A stretch of 63,951 nucleotides of DNA, the filler included, from Circinaria calcarea (lineage: Eukaryota), in NCBI GenBank assembly GCA_051942165.1. It is 4 parts of 4 records of this genome, joined end to end, with 100 filler letters (N's around TTAATTAATTAA, not from the genome) between each part and the next. Parts side by side here need not be neighbours in the genome. Positions count along the whole stretch, not along the records: positions 1 to 16,647 come from JAVECS010000310.1; positions 16,748 to 33,364 come from JAVECS010000311.1; 2 more parts are not named here. One strand, given 5' to 3'. This document shows positions 13,563-27,336 of this stretch, in pieces. How positions within the stretch are numbered: the first letter of the stretch is position 1; the number at the start of each line of letters is the position of its first letter. Both the position numbers and the translations under genes were made by a program. Below the pieces are notes generated by a model. The model was given only the letters and a program-made list of their open reading frames with translations. It ran no database searches and was not told the origin of the DNA.

Positions 13563-13909
13563 TGCCTGCTTGATATTGATAGAGATGCCTGGGCGTACTA
13601 GAAAGGAAAGTAATGTGGTATCTTCTGTTTCGAGACCTTGGTCCTAGGATGGAGCAAGGTGAGGGTTTGTTTACATCGGAATCGGGATCTGAGAAGCGCC
13701 GCGCTTGCGGCGACTCCGGTGGCTCGTGCGTTCATGTTTAATTTAGGGTTTTTTGATTTTGTGACCCGTAACATTTGTAGAGATTGCCAGCGATAATCCT
13801 GCTGGGGCTTCTCATTTGCTTCGGGCTGTCTTGAAGTCTTGATACCTAAAGATGAATCTCTTCATTACCTCGTCTAGCAATACTAAGCATCGCATTCGAC
13901 GAGAATCGA

Positions 13910-16647
13910 ATGACTGAGGCGCGGAGGAGAGACCTCTCATATGGTCATCTTGGTGAAACTACATATTCTCCTGAAACCGGAGAATGGCAATTCTCTCGAA
14001 ACTTAGGCATCAGTGAGAAAGACCCCCTTGTCTACAGAAACAATCACTGATGCTCTCAAAGGGCGAACCTTGAAACCTTTTGGTGATCTCTTTACTGCTC
14101 TACCCTCAACGTTACTATCAGCGCCTTTGCATTGTGTACAGTCGGCAGCGACTCGAAACAAGCAAATCACGGAGCTCGTTCGTGGAAACCCTACCCTAGC
14201 ACCCGCGGCAGCGATACTGCCATCCTTAGCACAAGTCTCCGAAATAATCAACGAAGCAACATCAAGCCATGATCCTATCGTAGGTGACTTGATCACATTT
14301 GGTAAAGCCACTCGCTCTGAGAAGCAAGGATTTGGCGAGGGGACCATAGATGTTGCTGCCATTGCAGGAGGTCCAGCTGGGGAGGCTGTGAGATTGATCC
14401 AAGTTGAAAAGATGCGACTGGAGTTTGAGGGCAATGGCGGAGTGCAACTTGAAGCTCAGACACTTGAAGAAAGGGGCCATGGACTTTGGTTGGACGATGG
14501 CAGTCCAATACTGCAATTATGCTTTTCTAGCAATACTGGCAATATAAGAGAGCCAGGGGCGTGGTTAGCTGTGAGAAAAGCTGAAGCGGTGACAATACTC
14601 CGGCCCCTAATCCGTCGATCTGCCATTATGGCTCAGAACCCCCATGCTATGGAACGACTTATAAGAGGCTATGCTCCGTCTCGGTTGGATGCCAATCCCT
14701 TCCTTATTTTACCCAAAGAGAGAACTGGCGGCATACCACTCTCTGATGTGTCCTTCAATCCCTGGTACGATCGCCAGTTTGCTGTTATTGATCAGAAAGG
14801 ACATTGGAGCATCTGGGACATGGAGAGACAAGGGAAGCTAAGAAATACCTGGGGTTTAACGGCTGGACCATCGGGCAATCTTCTTGAAGTTAAGGACAGT
14901 CGTTTGCATAATATCATTGATGACGGCTGGGGTGCCATTCTGTGGGCTGGCAATTCTAACACGATTGTTGTCGCGAACCGCAATAATCTAGTGGTTTACC
15001 TTATCAAGAAACGCGCCCATCGGTTGGATACCCCAAACCTCGCCGTCCCTGCCAGATCAGACTGGATCCTTGATATCAAAAGATATTCACGTGATCCATC
15101 GTATCTTTTTGTTCTGACTTCTACAATCGTTCTATGGCTGTGTGTAAGTTCGGACTCAGAAGAGATACCTGAGAACATGCAGTTTGATTCTATCATTAAA
15201 CTCTCGTGGCGTCACTATTTGAATCCTGAGGATTTGAGTCTACGACTACTCGTCGATAGCGGAACAGAAGGTGTGATTTACAATTCGAGCCTTTGAAAAG
15301 TAAGCTTACGCTAGTTAGATACCATAATGATATTGGTTTACTCTCGTCTAAAGGAACTGACCATTGGCTTCAATTGCGCCGCATCTCCCACAAACATGCC
15401 TCACTCGGTTTCGGACCCTTTCATAGTGCCAACAAGCAACTCAAAGGCGGAGTCAGACCCAGTGTCCACGGGTAAATGGGAGCCACAATACGGAATATGC
15501 ACCTCGTCTTTAATTTTGAGGCCTGTCAATACTCTCCATCTATCTTCTGGCGGATACATCCCAGAAGAATCAAAATTCTATCAGATGTTTACATTACGTA
15601 ATGATTTGGCAGTGACTGAGAGACTTTATATACGGGTATCACCAAACGCAACGCCGCCAGGAGGCAGGTTTATCACTAAACGTACTGTGACGGCTTTAAA
15701 GAAGACTTCTACTATAGTGACCGAAGATGACTTTATCGTTGCAGATGGGATGGAGTCCGAGGAAGAAGTACCGTATCTTTCCGTCCGTGCTTTCACTAAG
15801 GCCCGGTATAAAAACACGTCTCGGACTCATGAAGAGGAGGGAGATTCTTCGAATGTAAACTTTGAGTGGCTGGCAAGAAAGATCGAGATCTACAAATCGT
15901 CCCGTGATCAGAGCCATTTGACTCTTGACCAGCCTACGGCATACAAGATTCCTGATGATTATGTGGAAGATCTGAAACAAGTTGGGTCGTCTAATTCGGA
16001 GATTACATATAGTGGTATCAAGTCTCTGTGAGTACCTCGTATCCAATGCCATGCACAGGTTGCTGATCGTATTTTAGGCTGGAATGTTCACCGTATCAAC
16101 TTGCCGTTGATGACATTGACGCAGCTTCGGAGACTCTGGCCACATTTCTGGAAGAAGTGGTAAGGGACAACCTTGTTGAGGATGATGACCGTGGAACTTC
16201 TGCCGAGGGGAATCGACGATGGAATCCCATTTCGTACCTCGGACTGCTACGAGCATCCAGCCCTCTGCTAAGCCATGAGGGTGATGGCAGCAATATATCC
16301 CTCGTGCAACTTTACGATAGACTTGTTAAACACTGGATAACCTCCCTCGCACCTGATATACCTGGACGGGTCAGAGTTGCGATAGAGAAGCGCTTGAGGA
16401 GAACCGCTACGGAGATATATCTTTCGTCCTATGGAATAATGACGAGCCTTCCTAGTACACTATCGGCAGAGCCTAGCGAACTAGGTAGCAACGAAATCAG
16501 CCAGCTCACCCCACCCGTCTGGAGCAAACCCTTTCGATCAAACCTATCTACCAAAGGCAAAGGAAAATCACGCAGTACCTCGCAAACCCGTCATCAAAGC
16601 GCCATGTCAACCACCTACTCAGACCTACCCCGAGGCTCCCTTCCCAC
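13910..16647 (+). CDS. RRN6: RNA polymerase I core-factor subunit Rrn6-like (3' truncated at contig end)
   Basis: N-terminal LSYGHLGETTY...WQFSR and beta-propeller motifs DVSFNPWYDRQFAVIDQKGHWSIWD, DGWGAILW, LFVLTST, LSWRHY..EDLSLRL. Three introns. Confidence 0.8.
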
Positions 16648-16747
16648 NNNNNNNNNNNNNNNNNNNNNNNNNNNNNNNNNNNNNNNNNNNNTTAATTAAT
16701 TAANNNNNNNNNNNNNNNNNNNNNNNNNNNNNNNNNNNNNNNNNNNN
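16648..16747. other. Artificial contig linker (N44-TTAATTAATTAA-N44)
   Basis: Palindromic six-frame-stop spacer flanked by Ns; identical to the other two linkers. Confidence 0.99.
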
Positions 16748-16750
16748 CCG

Positions 16751-19700
16751 TTAACCCCCGAGCACCCTCCCCCGGACCCTCTCCTCAATCATATCGTCCA
16801 GTACCTTTGTAAGCTCGTCCATATTCTCACGGCGGGCTGCTCTTCCCTCAATCTTGTTTGGTCGACAGGAGAGGAGTTCGACGGGAGACAGGGAGTAGGT
16901 GCTGCTGTCGTGACTGGGCTTGGAGGCATGGTTGGCAGTCAGGGTGGCGACGGCGGTATCGATGCTAGGCGAGGGCGTTGGTGATCCGAGTCGCGGTTTC
17001 AAACCCTCGACGGTCTTCTGCAGTGCCCCTAGTCGCTCCTTCAAATTGGCAATCGCTACATCCCTCTCCTCCACCTGCGTCCTCAGGCTAGCAATCTCAT
17101 CATCCTTCTCTTGTAGAAGGGCAACTGGCGTAAACCCCGACGAGGATCTGGTATTGCTAGAGCGGCGGGCTTGGTCGAGACGCTTTTCAAGGGTTGAGAT
17201 GTACCGATTCTTGTCGGCGATGTCGAGTTGCAATGCGCGATTCTGGGCCTGGAGAGTGGCGGTGCCGTCAGCGAATTCGCCCATTGTTTCATCGTCTGGA
17301 TTGACTGGGTCAGTTTCTTGGGCGGTTGGGAAGTCGTATGAGGCAGGTGCCAAAGTCGTGATGTTGGCCGATTCCATCGTAGGAGTAGCGGCGGTCGCAG
17401 ACCCGGCAGAGATGGCGCGATAGAGTCCGGTGTGGCTAGCGGAAGAGCGTAATGATTGAGGACGTATGTTGGTGGTGATTCGACTTATGGGAAGCTTGGG
17501 GTTTGTACAAGTTACTGGGGAGAATGAGTTTTTCATGTTGACGCCGCTGGATTGTGAAGATAAGATCAAGCGATTTAGATGGTCGATGCGCTCCTTCAGT
17601 GCTGTCCTGGCAAGCTGAAGCTCTAGCATATGTTCTTCGTGCCTGTGCTCTATTTCTTCATCGAGTCGTTTCCCATCAACATTCGCCAGAACCAGGAGGT
17701 CATTGTTGTCTTCGTCGAGTTGGTTTACTTCGGCGCTGGCCATACCTCGAGCTCTGTATTGGTCGTCGTCACGTTGTTTATCTTGAGTACCAGCAAACGA
17801 GTTATTTTTGTCTCTGAGCTGTCGACGTAGCGCTCGCACTTCATTCCGATAGTGATCGAGTAATCCTTGACTACCTGCTTCTGTGCTCCGAATGTCATCC
17901 TCGACCATTTTAGCATGGCTGACTAGGTTGTTCTTCGCCCTCGAAGCAAACTTTAGCGTATTCAGGGTTTCCGCCGTGTGGTTGTTTGCTAATGCAGCGC
18001 TCCCAGTCGATCCGATTTGAATGGTGCACAGGATGCTAACTAGGGAGTTACCAGACAAGGCCGGCTGCAGTAGTCGAGTCAGTTTGCTATCTCGGTAGGG
18101 TAGATGCTTTGCGTCCTTTTCTGTAGAGTTCCCTGCTTTCTCCTTCTCACTAGATAGACGAGCAATAATAGTGCCGAGTGTGAGTAGACTCTTATTAATA
18201 TGACCACCCTCTGCGCGACGATCTTTGTTTTCTGCAGCTCGTTCGGAGCCCGCTAGATCGATCAAACTCAGAGTCGACACCCGTACACCGCCGGTCGCGA
18301 TAGGGGCTCGCGTATTTTCTTCACCAGAAGAGTTGGGTTCTGCCCGTTCCCTGCTCTCCACTACAATCTGTACTACTGCATGGCTTCTTGAACTGTGAGA
18401 ATTATATAGTGTGCTTCCTGTTCGTCTCGAGTTATCGCCCCGCGAGATGACACGTAGAAGTTGCGTGGGGCTTTGCACAATTTCCTCCTTCAGCGGCGAA
18501 GCGTACACCCCTCGTTTGCTGTCCTCACGCAACTTGATCTCCTCCTGCTGGCCACCAGTCACCGGCTCTGAGAGTAGATCGTGGATCTTCTCATTATATA
18601 TTTCCAGGTAGCTGACCCGTAACAGAAATTCTCGCTGCGGTGTTTCTCTTATATAGGAGAAAATGTCTTTGATGGCCAACGGAGTGATACCAGGGAAGTC
18701 TTTGGTACCTTGCATCGAAAAAGTTTTGCCAGTACCGGTCATTCCATACGCAAAGACGGTCCCATGATAACCTTCCATGACACGGCGCACTAGACGTTTT
18801 GCAGAAGCATCATACACCCTCCGATTCTCATCATGGGTCACAAACACATTATCTGCATGACGGGGGTCAGCGAATGCGGTATACCACCGTGAAAATGCTA
18901 CTAACCATAGAAGTAGTCTCCACCTTCCTTGCCCTTGAAAGCCACCAACGACCTTCGCCCATCAACCATCCACTCGCCAACGTCTTTCACCTGCTCGCTG
19001 CGGGCTGCATCAGGCCGGACCCGGACACTCACAACGACATTTCCCTTTCGTTCTTTGGTTTTGGACCGCCTCTTACCACCCGTTGCAGCTCTGTCACTTT
19101 TTTCTCTACCCCTTCCTGGTAAATCTTCCACATCCTCAAAGGTAGTCGCAGATGTTTCCGATGATCCTCCCAAAGCAGACGAACTGCGACTATGAAGTGG
19201 CGAAGGTAGGCTTAGAAGACCATCTGAACCTCGCTGACCAGGTCCAGGATCGTTGGGTATGCACTTGCCATCGCCAGTTCCATTCAACAGACTTGGAGCA
19301 CCAGAAGCGAAATGGGATTTTGCTGTCGCCTCATGAAATGTCTTCAATTTTTTACCCCGTACGCTACCCCCAGGAGTTACAGGAGTGCTCAAACAGCCTG
19401 AATCACCTGATCCCCGTCTAAAAGATTCTACTGGTGACGATCCTGAAGATCCCCCTGTTGCTGGACGACCAGGCAAGGTGCTAATGCGAGTACCTCCTTT
19501 GGGAGGCTGTGGGAAATGCGCGATGCTGATTGACCTCCTTACTTTCCGTTCTCTGGGGTTACTCTCTTTGGTCAGATTACTGGTGACAGATCTCAGTGTA
19601 GGTATGGAAGGCGATGAGTTTGCCTGAAGAAGATTTGGTACGGTGCCGGAAGGAATGGTGGACCGAGAGGAAGTCCGGATAGCCAACTTGGAAGGTTGCT

Positions 19701-19851
19701 GAGACGCGGGCTCTTTTCTGCTTGTGATCGGAGGTCCAAGAATCCCGCTACGCTTTCTCATTGGTGTCCTTATGCCTGCTGGTAAGGGCGGTAATGCTGC
19801 GGTAGGAGGATCGCATGGTGGCAACGATGGCCGTGACAGAGTCATTGCCAT
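16751..19851 (-). CDS. kipA: Kinesin-7 family motor (KipA/Kip2/Tea2-like)
   Basis: Low-complexity N-terminal extension, VVVSVRVRP, P-loop YGMTGTGKT, switch I SSRSH, switch II LIDLAGSE, HLPYRDSKLTRLLQPALSG and a coiled-coil tail. One intron ~18854-18906. Confidence 0.9.
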
Positions 19852-22279
19852 GTCGCCGTGGGAGGAAAAGAACAGAAGAGCAAGGGCGAGTGGTCAAGGC
19901 TGAAAGGAGTATTTCGGGGACTCGAAGAATTCGGTCGTAAAATTTCCAAACCCTCAATGTGCTGGACGGGCCATCATCCCATTACCTGCAAGAGGACTTC
20001 TCGTGATACAGTCTCCGACTTCTAATCGGCTAGATTGTCGGTCAGGTAGGTGATTAGGTAGGTGTACCTTACCAGGGTAGCCACTCATCTACTGGTCGAA
20101 CGTGGGGCGGGTTGATTCGATGCCTCACCGAATAGGGAACTGTGGACGTTGATACCCCACAGAGATGCGAGTTGTTTTTGTCAACGACGCAGAATACGGA
20201 TGAATCGATCGGTTGTTGAAGCGCTGATGCAATGCAGGACAGGGTCTAGATGCAGCTCGCCAATGCAGGTCGACCCGTCAGAAAGTTATTGGAGTGCTTC
20301 GATTCTGCAGAAGGCCGATTTTAACGAGATGGTGTTGGAGCCGTTGACGAGAAACGGTCTTCTCTTTTCGGAACACGACCGAAACCCGAATTGGCGCAAA
20401 TACAGTCGATGGGACCGACTATATCGAGTAGACGGCCCCGCCGATGATAGACAAGCTCGACGAGGAGTGCTCCAGGGTGGTGCGCGCAAAGTACCCTTGC
20501 AGTAGCTGAGCGGAAACAAGCGCACCCCAAGGAGCGACAGCACACTGGAAGTGGTCCGACAATACAGCGTCCGACAAGTGAAGGCAGATGGAAGCGGTTT
20601 TCGATCAACGGTCTGCTCCAGGGGTCGGGTTCCGGAATGGGTGAATGGGTGACTGGTCGTTGGATGCGGATGCTTCCTCGACAGGCTACCGCAACGTGTA
20701 GATGGGTCCAAATCAAGCCACTTAAGCCACCAGAATTATTCCGGCAGTTGACGTGGAGGCCGTGGGTCTATTGTCTATACGTGAAGCGAAAAGACCTTGG
20801 GATATCACCAGCTCTCTCGCGTCCAAGAGAAGGATGAGGAGGAGATGAAAAGACTTTCCAACTCAACACTCGAGATGCGGGAGTGGAGTAGACCATAAAG
20901 GCCATCCCTTGCTCCACTATCCCCCCTAGTATGCTCCCCCATCTGCTTCTTACCGAAGCCGGCCTAGTGTCGGTTTCTCCTGCAGCGGAAGAGCATTGCA
21001 ATCGTTCCACGGTGTAGCGTCCCTCACCCGGCACTATGAACGACAGGGTCCTCCTCTTCTGTGGGATGCTGATTTGACAGCTTTACGGAGTACGGGGATG
21101 CGGACGGATAGGGGCAGAATGCTACACGGGGGCGGGGACCTGCCAAAACTTTTTGTTCACGGTTCAAATGGACCCGGCCAGTCATCTACTGCAGGAGGCC
21201 GGCCATCTCGATCTGCAGGAAGTTGGAACAGTGGTCCGGGTGGTGCTCACTCAACCGTGGATCATTTCCGTAATCCTGCCGTGATTGGACGAATCACGGC
21301 TCGAGATAAGATGAAATGGCTACGGTAGGAGGTCTCTATCCCCCCACGGCACTTGTTCTATTCGAACCCTGTTTGCGCCATAATGCGAATGAGCTTCTCC
21401 GCCTCCGCTGCCCGGCGAGTTAGTAACTATCTATTCGAATGGGGTACCCACACTACACCAGCTGATTCGTCAATTCTAAAGTCAACCGTAAAATAGAGTC
21501 TAACGGTGCGAAAAACTGTGGGCCGCCGCCCCTGGCTGGCTTACTAGTACGTATTCTACAAGGGTATGCATAGGGCAGCATAACGTCGAGATTGGGATTT
21601 CTCACCTTTAGTGGGAGAGATTTACAGCAATTACCACTGATGCAATTATTCTGGACTTCTAACAATCCCAATCAAGGGGTAAATCTGTAAGGCTGGCTTG
21701 TTTCCTCGCTGAAACGTTCTCTTCCATGTCATCGAGCGTTTGACGCAAGACTTTTTGCACAGAGGCTGGTAATATTTGATATTCAGGATTGGGTGTCTTC
21801 TTGGATTAGCTGTAATGGATGCTTCCCTGACCTCAAAGGGTTCAATGCCCCCCTGCCTTAGTCAAGCCACTTTCACGCTCTAGTCCAACCCTAGTACCCT
21901 GACAGCTGAAAGCCCTGATCCGGTATACGACCATCTGCAAATGGCAACGATCGGAAAACCTTATTCCCACCGTATCCCGACGCCGCTTCCTTCCCTCGCT
22001 CCCGACAGTTGACGGGTACTGCCGGCTTCTGCTGATATGCAAGTTCCAAAGTCCAAACGGACGTATGGACAACCAACGGGTGAACCACAGCGGCTTCCTC
22101 TATTGCTTCAATATTTTTGTCGTTGCGCAACTTGATATCCATGGGCAATCGTCTCCAGATATCCCAGGACCGTCAAGTCACACGTGAAGCTCTAGCTGTT
22201 GGCCAGTCTTTCTGATTGCAGTGCTTGGATGGATGGGTAGGCCTAAGGTAGATTGCATGGGAAATCGGTGGCGTTGGGC

Positions 22280-23539
22280 TCACTTCATTGACGCAAAGTC
22301 CAACTTTCGGGCCACTTTGTCATTACGGGTATCCTCGATTTCACCTCCCCTTCTTTTCAAATCGTCCCCCATCTTCTCCGCCCCACCGCCTTTCTTTGGT
22401 AAATCCTCCTTCTTTGTCGGCCGAGGGTCGCCAGTCCACCACTTGTGCTGGAGGACTTGCTTGGCTGTACTTCGCTTTCGCGGGTCCAACGTAAGCATCG
22501 ACATCAGAAGATCAACGCCTACCGGTCCAACCGTGCCGAAAGTCGATAGATAGAAGTCACGACCCCGTACCGGCTGATGCGCACCGATTTTTATATACTG
22601 AGGCAGACTCGATACGCCAGGCCAATTTTCCTCAGTCGGTGTACCAATGGCTTGCGAAATAAGTTCGAGTTGATGCATATCACTATTCCCAGCCACAAAT
22701 GGCGTGCGTATAATGAGTTCCGCGAAGACGAGTCCCATTGACCATACATCAACAACTCCCGAGTAGAATTTCGCACCAAATAGTAACTCAGGCGGTCGGT
22801 ACCAGCGTGTAATGACCATATTTGTCATAGCTCTGTAGGGATCCGAAAATGACCTTGCCAAGCCAAAATCTGCAAGCTTGACCTCTCCGTCTGCCGCAAT
22901 CAATAGATTGTTAGGCTTTATGTCCCGATGTAGAACAAAGTTTTCATGGCAGAACCATACGGCTCGTCCCAACATCCCCATCCAGGCTTTGACATCGGCC
23001 GTGCCATACCTCACACCTTCAATATCTTTAATGAGCATCTCGAGATCACCGAGCGGTAAGTATTCAAGGACAAGGTTCAGATTCTGGTTCTTTGAGGAAA
23101 AGACCGAGTGTAGAGCTATGATGTTTGGATGTGAGAGCTCTTGCAGAAATTTGACTTCTCGAATAGCATCTAACGAAAGTCCATCCTTGTACTCCGTGTT
23201 GACTTTGATCTTCTTGATGGCTACCAATGACGCTGGATCTGCCTTGAGATGACCCAGGTAAACAGTGGCATAAGTACCCTCGCCAACCTTTCTATCTGCT
23301 AATCCTTAGCAGAAACCCCAAAGTAACAGGACCCTTTGCCGTTTACCCTTGACGTATTTTTGCTTGGTATCTTCATTCAACTGCTCGGCGAGTTCTGGAC
23401 CAACTCTTGTGCTGGACTGATTGGATTGTTGGAGTCCATTCGTACTCGCGTTGATCCTGACTGCTAAGGATTTGGCTTTGGCTGCAGTGACTTTAAGGTC
23501 TGCGACGCCATCGTGTACGGCAAAAGGAGAGACGGCCAT
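22280..23539 (-). CDS. KIN28: TFIIH/CAK serine-threonine kinase (Kin28/CDK7/Mcs6)
   Basis: GEGTYA, VAIKKIK, DGLSLDAIRE, HRDIKPNNLL, DFGLARSF, VITRWYRPPELLFGA and C-terminal VARKLDF. One intron. Confidence 0.93.
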
Positions 23540-23966
23540 TGAGATTCACAGAGTTGCAGTATAGGAAATGGTTCCAGAAGCAAAATTGTCTATTCGCATG
23601 GCTTGCATAGGCACCGTCGCATCAAAATATCCGCAAAAACATTGTTTCCTGTACAACCGGTAGACATAATTCCATTCCAGCCACACCGTAAGGCCGCGCA
23701 CGGATCATTCTGAACATAGGCAGTTTAAAAGGGTCTCGAAGTGCGTCATCTGCCCGCGATCAGGCTTGAGGTGTGGAGGTCGCGTGAAAGTGTCCTTTCA
23801 ATTGTCAATCGTCGTCTTTACCCATGTATCGTATGATCTTTCAATATCTACAAGATTGAACCCTCTATTGATTCTGACTCAGACCGTTTGTCCACCGTCA
23901 TAACCCAAAAACTATCCTAGCCAGCTGCGCGAGCTTTGCGCTGCGTTCAACCACCAACCTTTCAAG

Positions 23967-24886
23967 ATGTCGAGTGAGTTGGTTCTCGTGGGAATGCTTG
24001 ATTGCAAAGACTAATCCTCGACAACCTAGGTGCTTTACCCGACTATTGTACGCAACTTTCTTTCACGGCGTAAACCCAATCAATCCTAATCAAGCCCAAG
24101 ATGCCATTCTCGAGATCTCTTCTACTGCAACACCACAACAAGTTCGTGACGCTTATAAGAAGTCAGTTGCCCTCCCTTTGATTTCTCCTCCAGATTTTTA
24201 ATTGACCAACTAACCCGCCAATTAGACAAGCGTTAAAATCCCACCCCGATCGTGTAGCCTCTGACTCCCCCGAACGCCCTGCCCGTACCAAGAAATTCCA
24301 GAAAATAAACGATGCCTACTATACACTCTCGGACCCTTCCCGCCGCCGCGAATACGATGCCGCTCGCTCCTATTATGGCTACCAATCCTCCACCAACAAC
24401 GGTGATGACGACCCAGCCGAAGAGATTCCCCGGCCCAATCCCTCTTCGACCACTGGCGGAGGCTTCCCTTGGTCCGCCTTTGGTTTTGGCACCAAAAATA
24501 CCGCCGAGGAAGAACATTTCAGTAACGAGCAGTTCGGTGGGGTCTTTGAGGAGATGTTAAGGGATGAAGGTATGGCGGAAGGGGCAGAGGCGAAACCGAC
24601 AACGAAGTTCTGGAGTTTGCTGGGGGGACTGAGTGGTGGGGCTATGGGATTTATCGTTGCGAATTTTCCTGGGGCGTTGGCAGGTGCAGTAGCTGGCAAT
24701 CGGCTGGGGGCCGTGAGGGATGCGAGGGGGAAGAGTGTGTATAGTGTCTTTCAAGTGAGTCGTTCTGATATCCTTTAGGGGACTTAATCACTAACATTCC
24801 TTGCCCAGGAACTGCCCCAAGGAGATAAGGCAAAGTTATTAAGTGAGCTTGCAGCGAAGGTATTTGCCCATGCTGTAGGCTCATAG
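23967..24886 (+). CDS. Small class-C J-domain (DnaJ) protein with Gly-zipper-like hydrophobic C-terminal region
   Basis: Spliced MSSALPDYYAILEISSTATPQQVRDAYKKQALKSHPDR...KFQKINDAYYTLSDPSRRREYD, with C-terminal GGLSGGAMGFIVANFPGALAGAVAGNRLG. Confidence 0.9.
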
Positions 24887-25488
24887 GGTTGCAGGATGGA
24901 TATTTTGCTATTTTGAGGCGTTGCGGGTACTTGTGAGCGTTCTAGAGTTTCCAGCTGGGTTCCAAACTTCTGTCGATTTTCATCGTGTTGGTAATTTTCC
25001 TTCCAAGCTGCACCTCAAATTCGAATAAGGTCACATATCCAGTCATGAGTATGGGTCGACTATTCCCACGGTGCGCAGACTCTTACCAAGTGATTCTTTT
25101 CCCCTTCTATCCATTTGTTAGTCTGTTCTACCCGTCACCGGATTACTACTACCCAAAGTGGATTTATCACATTATGTCTGCCCACCTGCCCGCTTAAGAC
25201 TTGGCTACAATGAGGCAAGACGTGAGAATCAAGAGAACATGTTAGAAAAAGGAGAGAGCTCTACAACTCCAAGTTCTCGTTATTACACCCGTAGCTGTTT
25301 ATAAACATCTGTTAATAACCCTTAGTCCAGATATATCTATTCTTAGATCCCATTGCATTCTCGATGAAGCCTTACCACATGAAGTCTAGTGTTGAGATTC
25401 CCCCACGTTTTGATCCAGTGACGTCGATTCATCTCAGAAATCACAGAGACATCACACCTCACGCCACGCAGAGTCCATTATTTCTGTC

Positions 25489-26797
25489 ATGGTTCTCTTC
25501 AGCACGATGAGGCCTATCGCTAGCGCGCTATGCGCTGTCTGGCTTCTTTTGAGCGCGGTATCGCACAGCCTCCCTACGAGCCAAATACCTATAGTGAACC
25601 TCGACGTCTCGAAACCCATTAATCGCACCGTCTCTAATAGACTATTCCACGAACTCGAAGAACTTGCCCGCATTGTGGATATATCTTACTGTGTGGGTAC
25701 TACGGGAATAATGAAACCCTTTATGTGCGCCAGCCGATGTCAGGACTTTCCAGATTTCGAGTTGGTCACGGTAAGCAGCGGTGAAGGGGGTCTTGCTACT
25801 TTCTTAAACTGACAGAGTTTCCTAGACTTGGAATACCGGGCCGCTACTTGCAGATTCTTGCGGGTACATCGTTATTTCTCATCCTCCCTCTCCTCCACGC
25901 ATCATCGTAGCCTTTCGTGGAACGTACTCCGTTGCCAACACCATCATAGATTTGTCGACCGTACCCCAGGAGTATGTTCCGTACCCAGGAGAAAGCAGAA
26001 CCGAAAGTGTTCATGGTTCATTCGTCGATTCCATTTTGCACCCACTCAAGAACGTCAAGCGCACACTCGATCCGGAACTGGCAGAGTGCGTCGACTGCAC
26101 CGTTCATGCCGGCTTCATGCTCTCGTGGAGACACACGCGGGCTGAAATACTCCCCTATCTGGAAAAGGTCATCCAGCAATATCCAGATTATCAGCTGACG
26201 TTAGTGGGACATTCCCTTGGCGGGGCCATCGCTGCACTTGCGTCATTAGACTTCAAAGCACGCGGTTGGAATCCCAAGGTGACGACCTTTGGGGAACCAA
26301 GGATTGGCAACAAAGGATTGATGAAATATTTCGACAAGGCATTCCTTAAAGATGACGATATAGAGGAGAACGACATGTATAGACGCGTAACCCATGTCGA
26401 TGATCCCGTCCCGCTACTGCCGCTGAGGGAATGGGGATATAGAATGCATGCAGGAGAAGTCTATATTTCGAAAGCCGCGCTTTCACCTGCGGTCACCGAT
26501 CTGCAACATTGTGAAGGAGGAGAAGATCCACTGTGCATTGCTGGGGCGGATCCAGTTGCCAGGGCTACTGCCAACAACGAGACAGAAAGTTGGTTGGTAT
26601 ATGCAAATATGACGGAATTATGGAACGATGGCAAGACTGTACTGGCCATACCAGCCCGATTCCAGATATGGCAGCTCTTTTTCGCCCACCGAGATTATTT
26701 CTGGAGACTGGGTCTTTGTATTCCTGGCGGTGATCCATCAGATTGGTCTAGGAAATATCCTGACCTAGTCCAGGAGGAAAGAGTCACCATGATCTAA
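25489..26797 (+). CDS. Secreted class-3 (Lipase_3) triacylglycerol lipase
   Basis: Signal peptide, VDISYC, AFRGTYS, VHAGF, nucleophile motif GHSLGG, TFGEPRIGN, HVDDPVPLLP and HRDYF. One intron 25771-25826. Confidence 0.93.
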
Positions 26798-26994
26798 TGA
26801 CGTGCGATTATACCTTGGGGCTCGTGGGTTTAGCGCTTGGTGTTGGTGGATCTGATGATTAATGGCCTCGGTTTGGATACTGGGGGCCTCCGATTGTAGT
26901 TGTTCATAGTATTCCTAACCAATTGTAGAACTCTAATCGCATAAACGATCAACTTCCTCCGTGTTGGTAATCCAGTATCATGGTTGGTTAATTG

Positions 26995-27336
26995 TCAACC
27001 CATGATGTTTCTGATTCCAGGAGCCGAGTAGATCTCCAATTGCCTCTGGCCTTTTCGAAGGAGATATTCTATAGCCGAAAAGTCTTTCTTGTCTAGCATG
27101 GCATTCTTTCTGAATTCATTCCTGCTACAATCAACCGATTGTCCGTAAGTTGCCAAAGCATTGGACTTACCTGGCGTAGCTTCTGAAATTCTCTTGCACA
27201 TCCTAGATTATACATGTGAGCAGTAGATATCACCCCTGCCGGAACCGAAGATCCCTACAGCTGGCTTCTTCCTCGAACCTCGTAAACATTTCCGATACAA
27301 CGACAAGACCTCTCTCTGCAACCCTGACAACCGCAT
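26995..27336 (-). CDS. SDH6: LYR-motif succinate dehydrogenase assembly factor 1 (SDHAF1/Sdh6)
   Basis: Three exons give MRLSGLQREVLSLYRKCLR...FRSYARNEFRKN..LDKKDFSAIEYLLRKGQRQLEIYSAPGI. Confidence 0.92.

Noticed and set aside
16692..16703. TTAATTAATTAA palindrome repeated three times
   Set aside because: Synthetic six-frame-stop spacer within N runs; not a biological repeat, TIR or CRISPR.
19900..22250. Numerous 60-140 aa ORFs between kipA and KIN28
   Set aside because: Overlapping in all frames with no recognisable domain or consistent splice structure; likely promoter and UTR sequence.
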